From the sequence record MN176217: a stretch of 64,000 nucleotides of DNA. One strand, 5' to 3'. Of the stretch, positions 17,020-27,215 are shown piece after piece. The DNA comes from Escherichia phage vB_Eco4M-7. The notes below the pieces were generated by a model. That model made no database searches, was not told where the DNA came from, and was given only the letters and a program-made list of their open reading frames with translations. Each line of letters opens with the position of its first letter. Position 1 is the stretch's first letter. A program made the position numbers and the translations under genes.

Positions 17020-17940
17020 ATGACGATACCAATCAACACATTCCCTCTATCTGGACAAACTCCAGTCTTGCCTGCGGTGTATGCTAATGGCTTGGCGATT
17101 GTCTCAGAATTCACATCAGATAAAAACCTGATTGTTCCATTGAGTCCGCCGCTTGCATCAGGGTATAACTCAGTAGGTCAATTCTTTATGATTGGCAATG
17201 ATGGCGATTCGACCAGTAAGCCTAATCTGACATTGTCTGTACCTAAGATGGACATCACAGACGTTCAAACTGGCTTGACTGCATCAACAATCACCATTGC
17301 TTTTGGAGAAGCGGTGATTATAGGAATGGAGTCTGGAGGGTCCAAGAATGCTGTCGCCGTTAAGGTAGTCAAATCCAGCGACAACCAATACACGTTACCA
17401 GCTGCGACGGATTCCGTTCTCGGCGGCGTCAAAATAGGAAGCGGAATAAGCGTCGCAGGTGATGGTACAATTAGCGTCACTCAATACTCATTGCCGATTG
17501 CGTCAGCATCTACTTTAGGCGGCGTAAAGGTCGGTACAACTCTATCAATTGATGGTTCCGGTGTGCTTAACGCAGCGGAAAGCACCGTCCAGAATGCCAC
17601 GAACAGTGTTAGCAATCCTCCAACCACTTTGGTTAATCTGGCAACCTTAAACCTTCCTGCAGGAAAGTGGCTTGTGACGGCAAGTCAGTTGACTGTCGCG
17701 ACAGCAGGAATTCAAGCGAACACCGGAATTACAGCCAAATTGTCAACAAGCGATTCAGATATTACGGATGATGCATTTACGATGTCAGCGGGCATTCGGG
17801 CTGCAGGTCGTTTTGGCGGCAACATCCCGACAAAAATAATCACTCTTGCCGCGCCTGGTGATGTATATCTAAACTATCAGTGCACCGATGCATTGACATC
17901 TACCGTTCACGGACAGATCACCGCAATTAAGCTGAACTAA
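17020..17940 (+). CDS. Virion structural protein with internal LGGVK(I/V)G repeats
   Basis: Repeats LGGVKIGSGISVAGDGTISV / LGGVKVGTTLSIDGSGVLN; S/T/G-rich. Confidence 0.4.
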   Translation: MTIPINTFPLSGQTPVLPAVYANGLAIVSEFTSDKNLIVPLSPPLASGYNSVGQFFMIGNDGDSTSKPNLTLSVPKMDITDVQTGLTASTITIAFGEAVIIGMESGGSKNAVAVKVVKSSDNQYTLPAATDSVLGGVKIGSGISVAGDGTISVTQYSLPIASASTLGGVKVGTTLSIDGSGVLNAAESTVQNATNSVSNPPTTLVNLATLNLPAGKWLVTASQLTVATAGIQANTGITAKLSTSDSDITDDAFTMSAGIRAAGRFGGNIPTKIITLAAPGDVYLNYQCTDALTSTVHGQITAIKLN

Positions 17941-17950
17941 AGAGGAAGTT

Positions 17951-18088
17951 ATGCAAAAGATCATTCAGTCACGTTATGTTAAAGTGCGAAATATTAATTG
18001 CAACTCTTTGCTTTCTTGGAAATGGGCTGTTTATGACTCAATGTTGATTGGCGTTTTAGTTGCAGGAGTGCTATTTAATATTCACTGA
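17951..18088 (+). CDS. Small hydrophobic protein, 45 aa (not in ORF track)
   Basis: ATG 17951 preceded by AGAGGAAG; translation MQKIIQSRYVKVRNINCNSLLSWKWAVYDSMLIGVLVAGVLFNIH. Confidence 0.3.
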   Translation: MQKIIQSRYVKVRNINCNSLLSWKWAVYDSMLIGVLVAGVLFNIH

Positions 18089-18116
18089 ATTCATCGGCAA
18101 AGGATTGCCGCGAGTT

Positions 18117-18396
18117 TTATACGTATAATGACGTATCATACGTATCAAGTAAGTTATTGTTTTCAAAAGAATCTTACGGATGATACGGATGATACGCATC
18201 GCCGCCGTACTATATAGGAATTCAAATAAATTAATTTAAAATTATATATCTAATTTAATTTTATTTTTTTATAAACTCTTATATATGAAAAGTATCCGTA
18301 TCATCCGTATCATCCGTAGCACACCAGTGATAGCGCGGCTTATACACCGATACGGATAAAAATACGCCTCATTTTATCCGTATCATCCGTATCACA
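18117..18396. repeat. Palindromic GGATGATACG repeat cassette, copy 2: CTTACGGATGATACGGATGATACG (18173-18196) and GTATCCGTATCATCCGTATCATCCGTAG (18292-18319) flank a 95-bp AT-rich core; more half-sites at 18347-18396
   Basis: Read directly; paralogous to cassette at 2024-2294. Confidence 0.7.
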
Positions 18397-18451
18397 CTAA
18401 TAAAGGCGCGGCTATATCGGTTGTTATACATATTCAAACCATAATTATTGT

Positions 18452-18480
18452 TTGCCTAAGTTTTTTTCATTAGATATAAT
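18452..18480 (+). promoter_or_regulatory. sigma70-like promoter (-35 TTGCCT, 17-bp spacer, -10 TATAAT) for capsid operon
   Basis: Hexamers read from sequence; GAGGG RBS and ATG follow. Confidence 0.5.
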
Positions 18481-18503
18481 ACACAATACTTATTTGAGGG
18501 TGG

Positions 18504-19922
18504 ATGCGAATGCAAACGGCACGCGAAATTGACAAAAATGGATTCTTGACGATTATGGGTTGTCCAATTTCGTCATTTGGCATTTTTGATTATTCTGCTG
18601 GTCAAGTTGGTCTTGATGGTGATCCGAATCGCATCGTAAAAGTCTATCGCCCTGAGTCAGCGGTGAAAGACCCCGAAGCGATAGATTCATTCAAAAATAT
18701 CCCTTTCATCGACAATCACGAAATGCTTTCTGGATTTGAAGGTGATGAGGATAACACAGCACCCGAAGAGTATGGAGTTGATGGCGTTCTGACTGGCAAT
18801 GTTTATTATGACAAGCCATGGATGCGCGGCGACCTTAAAGTGTTTAGCCGTCGTCTGAAGAAGGCCATTGATTCTGGAAAGGTTGACTTGTCTTTGGGCT
18901 ATGACTGTGAATTCATCATACAGTCTGGAGAGTTTGACGGGCAGCCGTATGAAGTGGTGCAGACAACTCTTCGCGGCAACCACATTGCTCTCGTGGACGT
19001 TGGTCGAGTACCAGGTGCACGGGTGCTGGATGGTCGTTGCTTTGACCATCTTTGTTTGACGACTGTAACACCATCCAACGAGGATTTAGACATGCCAAAA
19101 CCGTTAAAAGGTAAAGCGCGTGATAATGCTGTTGAACAGCTGAAATCACTGATCCCTGCGCTCGAACAATTTCTGAATGAAGAGAGTACTGAAGCTGCTC
19201 ATCAGGACGAAGTTGAAGTGAAAGCAGAAGAGAAGGACTCAACCGAAAATCGTGAAGAAGTAATGGTTGATCCAGAAGTCAAGGCAGAAGCAGAAGAAAC
19301 CCCAGAAGGTGAAGAGAAGTTTGAAGTTGAAACTGAATCTAACGCTGGCGGCGAACTTCCGCAATTGATCAGCCAAATCGAAGCACTTATTGCAAAACTG
19401 AAAGGTGGCGCGGTAGGTGATGAAGAAGAAGTTGAAGCCGAAGTCAAAGACGAAGAAGTTGAAGTCAAGGCTGAAGATGTATCACCTTGCGACAAAGCTG
19501 AAGATGTGGTTAGCGGCCTGCAAAACAGCAACGTAAAGGGGGCTTCGGTCGAAAAAGATGACAAACCGACAAAAGCGGCGAAAGCGTCGCCAGGTCCAGC
19601 AAAAGGGGAACACTCAATGGCATCTGATTCAGCAGTTGCTGCTTTCTACGCTGATTCTGCTCGTAAGAATAGCCTCTACCAGCGCCTGTCTAAAGTTGTT
19701 GGTGCCTTTGATCATGCAACTATGGACTCCAAGTCCGTAGCGAAATATGGCGCTAAAAAGTTAGGCTTGAAGTGCGTTGATGGTGCTGAGTTTGACGTGG
19801 TGGATAATTATCTACGCGGCGTTGAGCACGGTCAAAAACAGCGTGTAGTCGCAAAACAAAAGGCCGCTGCGGATTCTGCAGCAACTGACGAAGCATTTGA
19901 AGCTTGGTTGAAAGGGGAATAA
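18504..19922 (+). CDS. Putative prohead protease / scaffolding fusion protein
   Basis: Globular N-terminal 190 aa then long E/K/A-rich acidic low-complexity region; sits between head morphogenesis and capsid genes. Confidence 0.45.
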   Translation: MRMQTAREIDKNGFLTIMGCPISSFGIFDYSAGQVGLDGDPNRIVKVYRPESAVKDPEAIDSFKNIPFIDNHEMLSGFEGDEDNTAPEEYGVDGVLTGNVYYDKPWMRGDLKVFSRRLKKAIDSGKVDLSLGYDCEFIIQSGEFDGQPYEVVQTTLRGNHIALVDVGRVPGARVLDGRCFDHLCLTTVTPSNEDLDMPKPLKGKARDNAVEQLKSLIPALEQFLNEESTEAAHQDEVEVKAEEKDSTENREEVMVDPEVKAEAEETPEGEEKFEVETESNAGGELPQLISQIEALIAKLKGGAVGDEEEVEAEVKDEEVEVKAEDVSPCDKAEDVVSGLQNSNVKGASVEKDDKPTKAAKASPGPAKGEHSMASDSAVAAFYADSARKNSLYQRLSKVVGAFDHATMDSKSVAKYGAKKLGLKCVDGAEFDVVDNYLRGVEHGQKQRVVAKQKAAADSAATDEAFEAWLKGE

Positions 19923-19924
19923 AC

Positions 19925-20542
19925 ATGACTTTCCAAACTAGTGTAGGCCGTCAATATACAACTGGCTTTCCTGGCGACATCGTTCGCGACGGCCCACAGC
20001 GTGGGAAGCCAGGCCGAATCGTTAGTGCCAACGACGGTGCAAACGTAAACGCCATCAGCCGTGTGTTTGGTTTTAAGGCTGACGTGTCATTAATGGGTAC
20101 TGGCCAGACCAAAACCTTGGGCGCGCAGGACTTTGAAGTTGAACTGGGCGGCACCAATTACTATGGCATCCTTGGCAACAGCAAGCGTTACGCTCTGTAT
20201 GGCAACTCTACTGGTCCTTTGGGTGCCAGCATGGTTCTGCCTCAATATAGCGAAGGCGAGTTCTACGATATGTGCACGGGCCTCGTAGTTGAAGTATTCA
20301 ACCCAAGCACCAGTCCGCAGACGCTGAACTACGGCGACCTGCTCGCTTATGTACCTAAAGGCATTTCCAGCGGTAACAACCCGAACAACTTGCCTATCGG
20401 TGCAATTATCGCCTATACTGGCTCACTGCCAACTGGCATGGTTGCCATTCCAGGCGGTATCGTGATTGACCCGACTGCTATTGCCCTTTCCGGCCCAAGC
20501 GTCCAGTCTTCCACTTATACCATTGTACAATTGACTCGTTAA
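19925..20542 (+). CDS. Capsid-associated structural protein (decoration or cement candidate)
   Basis: ATG 19925 with AAAGGGGAA RBS; immediately upstream of major capsid gene. Confidence 0.4.
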   Translation: MTFQTSVGRQYTTGFPGDIVRDGPQRGKPGRIVSANDGANVNAISRVFGFKADVSLMGTGQTKTLGAQDFEVELGGTNYYGILGNSKRYALYGNSTGPLGASMVLPQYSEGEFYDMCTGLVVEVFNPSTSPQTLNYGDLLAYVPKGISSGNNPNNLPIGAIIAYTGSLPTGMVAIPGGIVIDPTAIALSGPSVQSSTYTIVQLTR

Positions 20543-20556
20543 TAGGCAGGTGAATA

Positions 20557-21696
20557 ATGACTCGCATTAGCCAAACACACTCTCGCCTCCCAGCGAGCAA
20601 GGTGCGCCCTTTTGATATGCAATCCGTTACTGATGCGGCTGTTTCCCAGCTTGCTCGTATCGGTATTGTGTTTGATTCCGCGATTGTGCGTGATCAGATT
20701 GAGCACTTAAACCGTGCAGGCGCTTTTCGCGTAGGTGACGCCGCGTTTACTGCGCCGCAGACTACTCCGTCAATCCCGACCCCGTTGCAATTCCTGCAGC
20801 AGTGGTTGCCTGGCTTCGTCAAAATCATGACCGCTGCTCGTAAAATCGACGAACTGGTTGGTATTGATACCGTTGGTCAGTGGGAAGATGCAGAAATCGT
20901 TCAGGGTATCGTTGAACCAGCTGGCACCGCAGTTGAATATGGTGATTTCACCTCTATTCCTCTGGCAAGCTGGAACGTAAACTTTGAACGTCGTTCTATC
21001 GTTCGTGGCGAAATGGGCATGGCAGTTGGTATGCTGGAAGAAGGCCGCGCGTCTGCGATGCGTCTGAACTCCGCAGAAACCAAGCGCCAGCAGGCTGCTG
21101 TATCTCTGGAAATCATGCGTAACGCAATCGGCTTCTATGGCTGGTACAACGGGAACAACCGTACATTCGGCTTCCTGAATGATCCAAACCTGCCAGCGGC
21201 GATGACTTCCAACACCACTTCCGGCTGGGCTACTGCGACCTTCCAACAGGTGACTGCAGACATCCGTTTGATGGTTCGTCAAATTCGTGTGAACTCTCAG
21301 GACCAGATTGATCCAGAGAAGGTTGACATGACTCTGGCACTGCCGACCAACTCTATCGATTGGCTGTCCAACACCACTGACTTCGGTATTTCTGTACGTG
21401 ACTGGATCACCCAGACTTATCCGAAGATGAAGATCAAGTCTGCACCGGAACTCAACGGCGCACTTGGCAGCAACCCGACTTTCTTGAACGTGGCATACCT
21501 GTACGCTGATCACATTGATTCCTCAATCGATGGTTCAAGCGATGATGGTTCCGTATTCAGTCAGCTGGTTCAAACCAAGTTCATGACTCTGGGCGTTGAA
21601 AAGCGTGCTAAGAGCTACGTCGAAGACTACGCAAACGCAACAGCAGGCGTTCTGCTCAAGCGTCCTTTCGCAGTCGTCCGTATGACTGGTATTTAA
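20557..21696 (+). CDS. Major capsid protein
   Basis: 379 aa, position after scaffold, composition typical of HK97-fold capsid proteins. Confidence 0.65.
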   Translation: MTRISQTHSRLPASKVRPFDMQSVTDAAVSQLARIGIVFDSAIVRDQIEHLNRAGAFRVGDAAFTAPQTTPSIPTPLQFLQQWLPGFVKIMTAARKIDELVGIDTVGQWEDAEIVQGIVEPAGTAVEYGDFTSIPLASWNVNFERRSIVRGEMGMAVGMLEEGRASAMRLNSAETKRQQAAVSLEIMRNAIGFYGWYNGNNRTFGFLNDPNLPAAMTSNTTSGWATATFQQVTADIRLMVRQIRVNSQDQIDPEKVDMTLALPTNSIDWLSNTTDFGISVRDWITQTYPKMKIKSAPELNGALGSNPTFLNVAYLYADHIDSSIDGSSDDGSVFSQLVQTKFMTLGVEKRAKSYVEDYANATAGVLLKRPFAVVRMTGI

Positions 21697-21811
21697 TTGC
21701 TGTGATTACACAGTAAAACACATGGGGCGTGGTCGAAAGGCTTCGCCCCATATCAATAGACCTCAAGGGCTGTAGGGGCTTATTTGAGGCTTATATAAAT
21801 AGGACTACAAA

Positions 21812-22276
21812 ATGTCAAAATACATCGTTTCAACTATGTCTATGTCAGTAAACTACACCTTCTATACGGAAGTGAAAGAAAACCCGAATGCAAAAGCTGG
21901 TTCAGGCGCTCTTCCAAATATTCGCAAACAGATTCTAATCAAGGGCGGCGCTGGTCTTACTTCAGAAACTTCCGGCTTTGGTGAAATGGCAAAAGGCGCT
22001 GACGGTGCACCTTTGTGGACTCCTGAAGGAATCGTCACCGTTGTAAGCGATGCAGATTTTGAGCATCTGAAAGATCACCACGTGTTTAAGCAGCATCTTG
22101 AAAAAGGTTTGGTGAAAGTCGTAAATCACGACATTGTTGGCAATCACAAAGCCGTCGCTAAAGAAGTTCGCAGCATGTCAGACGACCCGTTTGCGCCTAT
22201 GACGCGCGAAACTGCTGACAAGCGCATCAAGGTGAAATTGAGCGGCGACCAAGAAGATGATTTATTCCGCGTTTAA
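21812..22276 (+). CDS. hypothetical structural protein
   Basis: ORF 154 aa after capsid gene. Confidence 0.4.
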   Translation: MSKYIVSTMSMSVNYTFYTEVKENPNAKAGSGALPNIRKQILIKGGAGLTSETSGFGEMAKGADGAPLWTPEGIVTVVSDADFEHLKDHHVFKQHLEKGLVKVVNHDIVGNHKAVAKEVRSMSDDPFAPMTRETADKRIKVKLSGDQEDDLFRV

Positions 22277-22290
22277 ATAAGGTGAATGCC

Positions 22291-22746
22291 ATGTCATTAG
22301 ATTACGAAAAGTTCAGAATTAAATTTCCACAGTTTGCTGATCAGGTTAAATTCCCTGACACAACACTTCAAGTATTCTATGACATGGCATGTGAATTTAT
22401 TGAATCACAAGACAGTCCTTGTCGTGTTTTAAATGGCAGTAAATTGGAGCTGGCATTGGAATATATGACGGCTCATCTTTTATGCATAGCCGCAGACCAA
22501 CAAGTGTCTGTGTCTTCTGGTGACGGAGTTGAACAAGGCGGCTTCGTGACTGGCGCAACAATTGGTGACATCACAGTGAACAAAGTCGCGCCGCCTGCGA
22601 GTGATGGCTGGGAATACTGGCTATCAAGCACTCCATATGGCATGGCGCTGTGGGCGCTTCTTCAAGCACTGGCCGTTGGCGGCTTGTCATTCGGCGGTCT
22701 TCCAGAGCGTGAAGGATTCCGTAAAATTGGTGGGGTATTCTGGTGA
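22291..22746 (+). CDS. Head-tail connector / adaptor candidate
   Basis: ATG 22291 with AAGGTG RBS; position between capsid and tail genes. Confidence 0.35.
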   Translation: MSLDYEKFRIKFPQFADQVKFPDTTLQVFYDMACEFIESQDSPCRVLNGSKLELALEYMTAHLLCIAADQQVSVSSGDGVEQGGFVTGATIGDITVNKVAPPASDGWEYWLSSTPYGMALWALLQALAVGGLSFGGLPEREGFRKIGGVFW

Positions 22747-23129
22747 GGATTCCTGGCGTAAACTTATATCGAGTTGCGACAAAGGTTATCGGTCGCCAAC
22801 CGATTCAATATTACATGTACAAGGGGCGCACCCTTGATAAGATGCGCAACTATGTCACTACATATGAAAAACCAATCACCTTGCTTGCTTCGGTGCAGGC
22901 TGTACTTCGAAACCAATACGTTGAGCTTGGTTTAGAGCTTCAAAAGAACTATGTTAAAATCTGGGTGGACAAAGACATTGTTGACCTTGACCGCGACGCT
23001 TCCGGCGACTATTTTGTGTTTGGTGGCAAAACGTACAAGATGGAAGATGAAACGACATGGTTTGACCAAGATGGTTGGACGACTTGCCTTGCCGTGGAAG
23101 TAAAACAAAGCTTTCCAGTGTCTACTTGA
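22743..23129 (+). CDS. Head-tail joining protein candidate
   Basis: GTG start overlapping upstream stop; 128 aa. Confidence 0.35.
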   Translation: MRIPGVNLYRVATKVIGRQPIQYYMYKGRTLDKMRNYVTTYEKPITLLASVQAVLRNQYVELGLELQKNYVKIWVDKDIVDLDRDASGDYFVFGGKTYKMEDETTWFDQDGWTTCLAVEVKQSFPVST

Positions 23130-23130
23130 G

Positions 23131-23712
23131 GTGTATATGACAGATGTCGACCTGATTGACATGCTGGCAACGCGAATTGAAGAAGGTCTGGCGGCGTATA
23201 GTCGTGCAGACCTTTCTGCTGTTCCGGTCCAGAAAAAATACCAACCGACTCAACAGGGCATTCCGACTGGTGATCAGATTTGGTTTAACCTTTTATTCTC
23301 AGTCCCATTCGGTTGGTCAATGAGAAAGAATGAATTTGTCAATGATGAATCTCAATTCGTTAATGGCAAATTTAAAGACATTGAAGATCAGATATACGCA
23401 ACACGTTTTCAAATTAGCGGCTTATTTCCAGAAGTGCCTGGCAATCCAGAAAAGCCTACGGCTAATGACGTTTTGACTTATTTAGCAAGATTCATAACCC
23501 ACAAGGCTAATTTGAGGGATTGGTTTAAAAGGCATCAAGCTTCAGTATATAGAGTCGACATGAACAACAATGAAAAGTTCTATGACGACATGTCTCAGTT
23601 TGAATCGTTTCCTTCTTTTGATTTGGTAATCCTTCACAGAAACGCAATTTCAATTGACACGCCTGCTGTTGCAAGAGCTGTTAATAACGATTTAGGCGAT
23701 ATTCCGGTGTGA
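23131..23712 (+). CDS. hypothetical structural protein
   Basis: ORF 193 aa; GAGGTG RBS. Confidence 0.4.
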   Translation: MYMTDVDLIDMLATRIEEGLAAYSRADLSAVPVQKKYQPTQQGIPTGDQIWFNLLFSVPFGWSMRKNEFVNDESQFVNGKFKDIEDQIYATRFQISGLFPEVPGNPEKPTANDVLTYLARFITHKANLRDWFKRHQASVYRVDMNNNEKFYDDMSQFESFPSFDLVILHRNAISIDTPAVARAVNNDLGDIPV

Positions 23713-23713
23713 T

Positions 23714-24199
23714 ATGACAAAATCAAAAATGATAGAAAAACAGATAAAGGCGCTTCAATCGATGAAGGGTCTTACTGTTGAGGCAGGATGGTTTGATTCT
23801 ACCAGATACCCTTCAGAAACTGGTGGAGAAGGAGTGTTGGTGTCAGAAGTCGCGCGGCTTAATGAATTTGGTCACATAGCCGTTTTGAACTTTGGACAAG
23901 GGCCAGTCAGGGTAGAAGTTCCACCCAGACCATTCATGAGATATGCCTATGAATTATTCGTTAGTGAGCGCAGTGAAATAGAGAATAAAATTGCTAAAAA
24001 GATTTTTTCCGGTAAAATAGACGCTAGACAGGCATTAGGTCAAATTGGGCTTGCGATGGAAGCAAAGATTGTCGAATCAATTAAAAACGGACCTTGGCAA
24101 AGAAACGCCAGATATACCGTGCGTGTGAAAGGATTCGACAAACCTTTAATTCACAGCAGCCTTATGTGGCAATCTGTCAACAGCCAAGTCATTAAATAA
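23714..24199 (+). CDS. Tail completion / neck protein candidate
   Basis: ORF 161 aa immediately upstream of sheath gene. Confidence 0.35.
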   Translation: MTKSKMIEKQIKALQSMKGLTVEAGWFDSTRYPSETGGEGVLVSEVARLNEFGHIAVLNFGQGPVRVEVPPRPFMRYAYELFVSERSEIENKIAKKIFSGKIDARQALGQIGLAMEAKIVESIKNGPWQRNARYTVRVKGFDKPLIHSSLMWQSVNSQVIK

Positions 24200-24211
24200 G
24201 AGGACACCGAC

Positions 24212-25750
24212 GTGATCAGTCAATCTCGTTATATTAAAATTGTATCAGGGGTCGGAGCAGGCGCGGCTGTTGCAGTTCGCAAACTGTCGCTTCGCATCAT
24301 GACTTCCAATACAGTCCTGCCGCCTGGCATTGTAGCAGAATTTTCAACTGCTGATGCCGTTGGATCATATTTCGGTTTTTCTTCCGAAGAATACAAGCGT
24401 GCAGCATTGTATTTTGGATTCATCAGCAAGCAAATCAACTCGCCTGATTCAATCAGCTTTTCTCGCGTTGTATCCACGGCGATTCCTGCAATGGTTATCG
24501 GCGATACTGAGCCTAAAACGCTTGCTACTTTTCAGGCATTCACTGGCGCTATCTTAAGCATCACTTATGACGGCACAGACTACCTGACTGACGCCATCAA
24601 CCTTTCAGCGGCAACAAGCCTTGCCAACGTAGCGGAACTTTTGGAAACGGCAATCAACACCAAGTTTGCAGCCGAAGGTGGCACGTCGGTGCCTGCACTT
24701 GCTGATGCAGAAGTGTATTGGAATGCCAACACCCAGCAGTTCACTTTGGAAGCCGCTACGTCGACCGCTGGTGCTGGAAACCTTTCGATTAACGTCACAG
24801 GTCAACCGACAGACCCATCTCAGGCGCTTGGTTGGACGACTACTGGCACCGTTACGGTTGCTGGCCAGGGTGTAGCAAGTCCGGTAGAAGCCATCGCGGC
24901 ATCTGTGGAGATTTCCAACAACTTTGGCTCATTCCTTTTCGCTGGAGCAAACCGAACGCTGGAAGAAATCACAGCCGTTGCAGCTTGGACTCACTCGCAG
25001 AACAATATGTACATGTATCTGTTCTCGACTGCATTCGCCAACATTGGCTCATACTATACCGCACTGAAAGGTTACTCAGGCGTTGGTATGATGATCCGTG
25101 CAACCAACCTTGCGAATGATTACATCGACCAGGCACCTGCTGAAATTCTCGCGGCGACAAACTATAATACTGTAAATGCAACTCAAAACTACATGTACTA
25201 TCAGTTTGACACGCGAAATGTTACTGTATCGACTGATTCACGCGCAGATACTGCTGATCAAAACCGTGCAAACTATATCGGCGCTACTCAGCAAGCTGGT
25301 CAAACGCTCGCATTTTTCCAGCGTGGCGTTCTGATGGGCGGGTCTACCGCAGCAGTTGACATGAACACTTATGCCAACGAGATGTGGCTTAAATCTGCTA
25401 TCACTTCTCAGCTGTTCAGCATGTTCTTGGATCTTGGTCGCGTGCCTGCAAACGAAGAAGGCAAAGCGACTGTCCAAGCAATGATTCAAGTTGCTGTTGA
25501 CAATGCGAAGGTTAACGGCACCATCTCTGTCGGTAAGGCGCTGACGGAAATCCAGAAACAGTACATCACGCAAACTTCCGGTGATAACACTGCTTGGCGG
25601 CAGGTTGAGACTATCGGTTATTGGTTGACTGTCGATTTTGACACTGAAACCACTTCCGATAACCGCACCGAATACTATGCAACATACACGCTAATCTACT
25701 CTAAAGATGATGCTGTGCGTCGCGTTGAAGGTCGTGACGTTCTTATTTAA
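24212..25750 (+). CDS. Tail sheath protein
   Basis: 512 aa, GTG start with AAGAGGA RBS, followed directly by tube gene. Confidence 0.6.
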   Translation: MISQSRYIKIVSGVGAGAAVAVRKLSLRIMTSNTVLPPGIVAEFSTADAVGSYFGFSSEEYKRAALYFGFISKQINSPDSISFSRVVSTAIPAMVIGDTEPKTLATFQAFTGAILSITYDGTDYLTDAINLSAATSLANVAELLETAINTKFAAEGGTSVPALADAEVYWNANTQQFTLEAATSTAGAGNLSINVTGQPTDPSQALGWTTTGTVTVAGQGVASPVEAIAASVEISNNFGSFLFAGANRTLEEITAVAAWTHSQNNMYMYLFSTAFANIGSYYTALKGYSGVGMMIRATNLANDYIDQAPAEILAATNYNTVNATQNYMYYQFDTRNVTVSTDSRADTADQNRANYIGATQQAGQTLAFFQRGVLMGGSTAAVDMNTYANEMWLKSAITSQLFSMFLDLGRVPANEEGKATVQAMIQVAVDNAKVNGTISVGKALTEIQKQYITQTSGDNTAWRQVETIGYWLTVDFDTETTSDNRTEYYATYTLIYSKDDAVRRVEGRDVLI

Positions 25751-25797
25751 ATAATTGCCGCCGTAACTGGCGGCCATCTCTCTGAGAGGAATCTGTA

Positions 25798-26265
25798 ATG
25801 ATTAACGTTTCCGGTTTTGGCGCTTCGATTCGTTTGGTAGCATCAAACACTTTTCCGAATGGTGTGACTCTTTCTGATTTTGCAGATGATGCTGATCCGA
25901 TTGACGCGCCGGACCTGCAAATCTCTGAGGCCGCAATGGGCCTTAACGGTGACTTAGTAGTATGGAACCGTGCAAACCCGCTTGAAGTTGGCGTGAACAT
26001 CATCCCTACTTCTGAAAGTGATGTCAACTTGGACGTTCTTGCAGCTGCAAACCGCGTAGGCAAGCGTAAGAACTCCGCAAAAGACGTGATCACACTTGTG
26101 CTGACTTATCCTTCTGGAATGGTTATCACGCTAAACAAAGGCACCTTGACAACTGGTTCAGTAATTCCTGGCATCCAGTCTCAAGGTCGTGTGAAAACAC
26201 GCCAATATCGCTTCAAGTTTGAGAACGTAGTCAAAACTGGCGTGAGCAACCAAGAGATTTTATAA
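25798..26265 (+). CDS. Tail tube protein
   Basis: 155 aa, directly downstream of sheath; paralog of 27216..27713. Confidence 0.55.
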   Translation: MINVSGFGASIRLVASNTFPNGVTLSDFADDADPIDAPDLQISEAAMGLNGDLVVWNRANPLEVGVNIIPTSESDVNLDVLAAANRVGKRKNSAKDVITLVLTYPSGMVITLNKGTLTTGSVIPGIQSQGRVKTRQYRFKFENVVKTGVSNQEIL

Positions 26266-26594
26266 TGTATCAAATACCACTTGACAGCGTACCTAACCAG
26301 AATATCAGCTTTAACGTTGACGGTGCATATTGGCAGTTGCACATTTTTGCCGCTATCGAGCATATGTGTGCCGACGTATATCGCAATGGTGAACTTTTGA
26401 TTCAAGGGGTGCGCTGTTTTGATGGTATCCCAATGGTGCCTTATAAGTATCTCATGATTGGGTACGGTAATTTCATTTTCGACAGCGTACCTGATTATGA
26501 AAGTTTTAACTCTGGCGGCTGTAATCTATATTACATGTCAGAATCTGAGTTGGCTGAATTCCAGGCCACTGCTGAAGCGGAGTTTGCAATTTGA
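26265..26594 (+). CDS. hypothetical tail protein
   Basis: ORF 109 aa. Confidence 0.35.
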   Translation: MYQIPLDSVPNQNISFNVDGAYWQLHIFAAIEHMCADVYRNGELLIQGVRCFDGIPMVPYKYLMIGYGNFIFDSVPDYESFNSGGCNLYYMSESELAEFQATAEAEFAI

Positions 26595-26947
26595 CAACTC
26601 TAACCATTGAAGTGAACGAAAATAATGACCTTTTTCTACCTGATGGAAGAAACTTAAATATTCTTTCAGGAGAAAAAGCGATGGTGCAAGTAATCAAGGC
26701 CGCGCATCAGATGCGACTTGGTGAAGACTTGTACGATATAGAAAACGGGGTCGATTATTTGGGGACCGTTTTCAAGTCGCCCGTTGACGAAGACGGTGCG
26801 CGAAAGTCGATTGCAGATGCTATTCTGAAGAAAGCAGACGTTGCCGGAATCGACTCATTGACTGTCACCATCCAAAACGGTATCCTTGGATTCACTGCAG
26901 AAGTGGTGACTATTTATGGCGAACGTATAAAGGTGAGTAATCAATAA
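26591..26947 (+). CDS. hypothetical tail protein
   Basis: ORF 118 aa. Confidence 0.4.
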   Translation: MTTLTIEVNENNDLFLPDGRNLNILSGEKAMVQVIKAAHQMRLGEDLYDIENGVDYLGTVFKSPVDEDGARKSIADAILKKADVAGIDSLTVTIQNGILGFTAEVVTIYGERIKVSNQ

Positions 26948-27213
26948 TGGCACAAGTAATTCATTTTGCAAATGGCGTCATGAAATTTGGCGAAAAATTT
27001 GAAGACGCATCAGAGCTGTTTAATAAGAAGGTTGAGCCTGTTACAGAAATCAAAGAGCAGGTCGAAGAAAAGTCCGTTGAACAAAAACTCGATTTTGATT
27101 CCATGAGTGTTTCAGAATTGAAGTCTTATGCCAAAGAAAATGGCATCGACATCAAGGGTCTTTCTTATAAGGATGAAATTCTTGCTGCAGTTAAATCTGC
27201 ATCTGCGGAGTAA
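26947..27213 (+). CDS. Small protein with C-terminal HeH / Rho-N-like motif
   Basis: C-terminus SVSELKSYAKENGIDIKGLSYKDEILAAV resembles helix-extension-helix DNA-binding motifs. Confidence 0.4.
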   Translation: MAQVIHFANGVMKFGEKFEDASELFNKKVEPVTEIKEQVEEKSVEQKLDFDSMSVSELKSYAKENGIDIKGLSYKDEILAAVKSASAE

Positions 27214-27215
27214 AA

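Noticed and set aside
18117-18396. Possible CRISPR array
   Set aside because: Repeats are short inverted and tandem copies of one motif with no regular repeat-spacer periodicity and no cas genes
20770-21513. Minus-strand 247-aa ORF inside the major capsid gene
   Set aside because: Antisense to a well-supported structural gene in a co-directional operon; composition not protein-like
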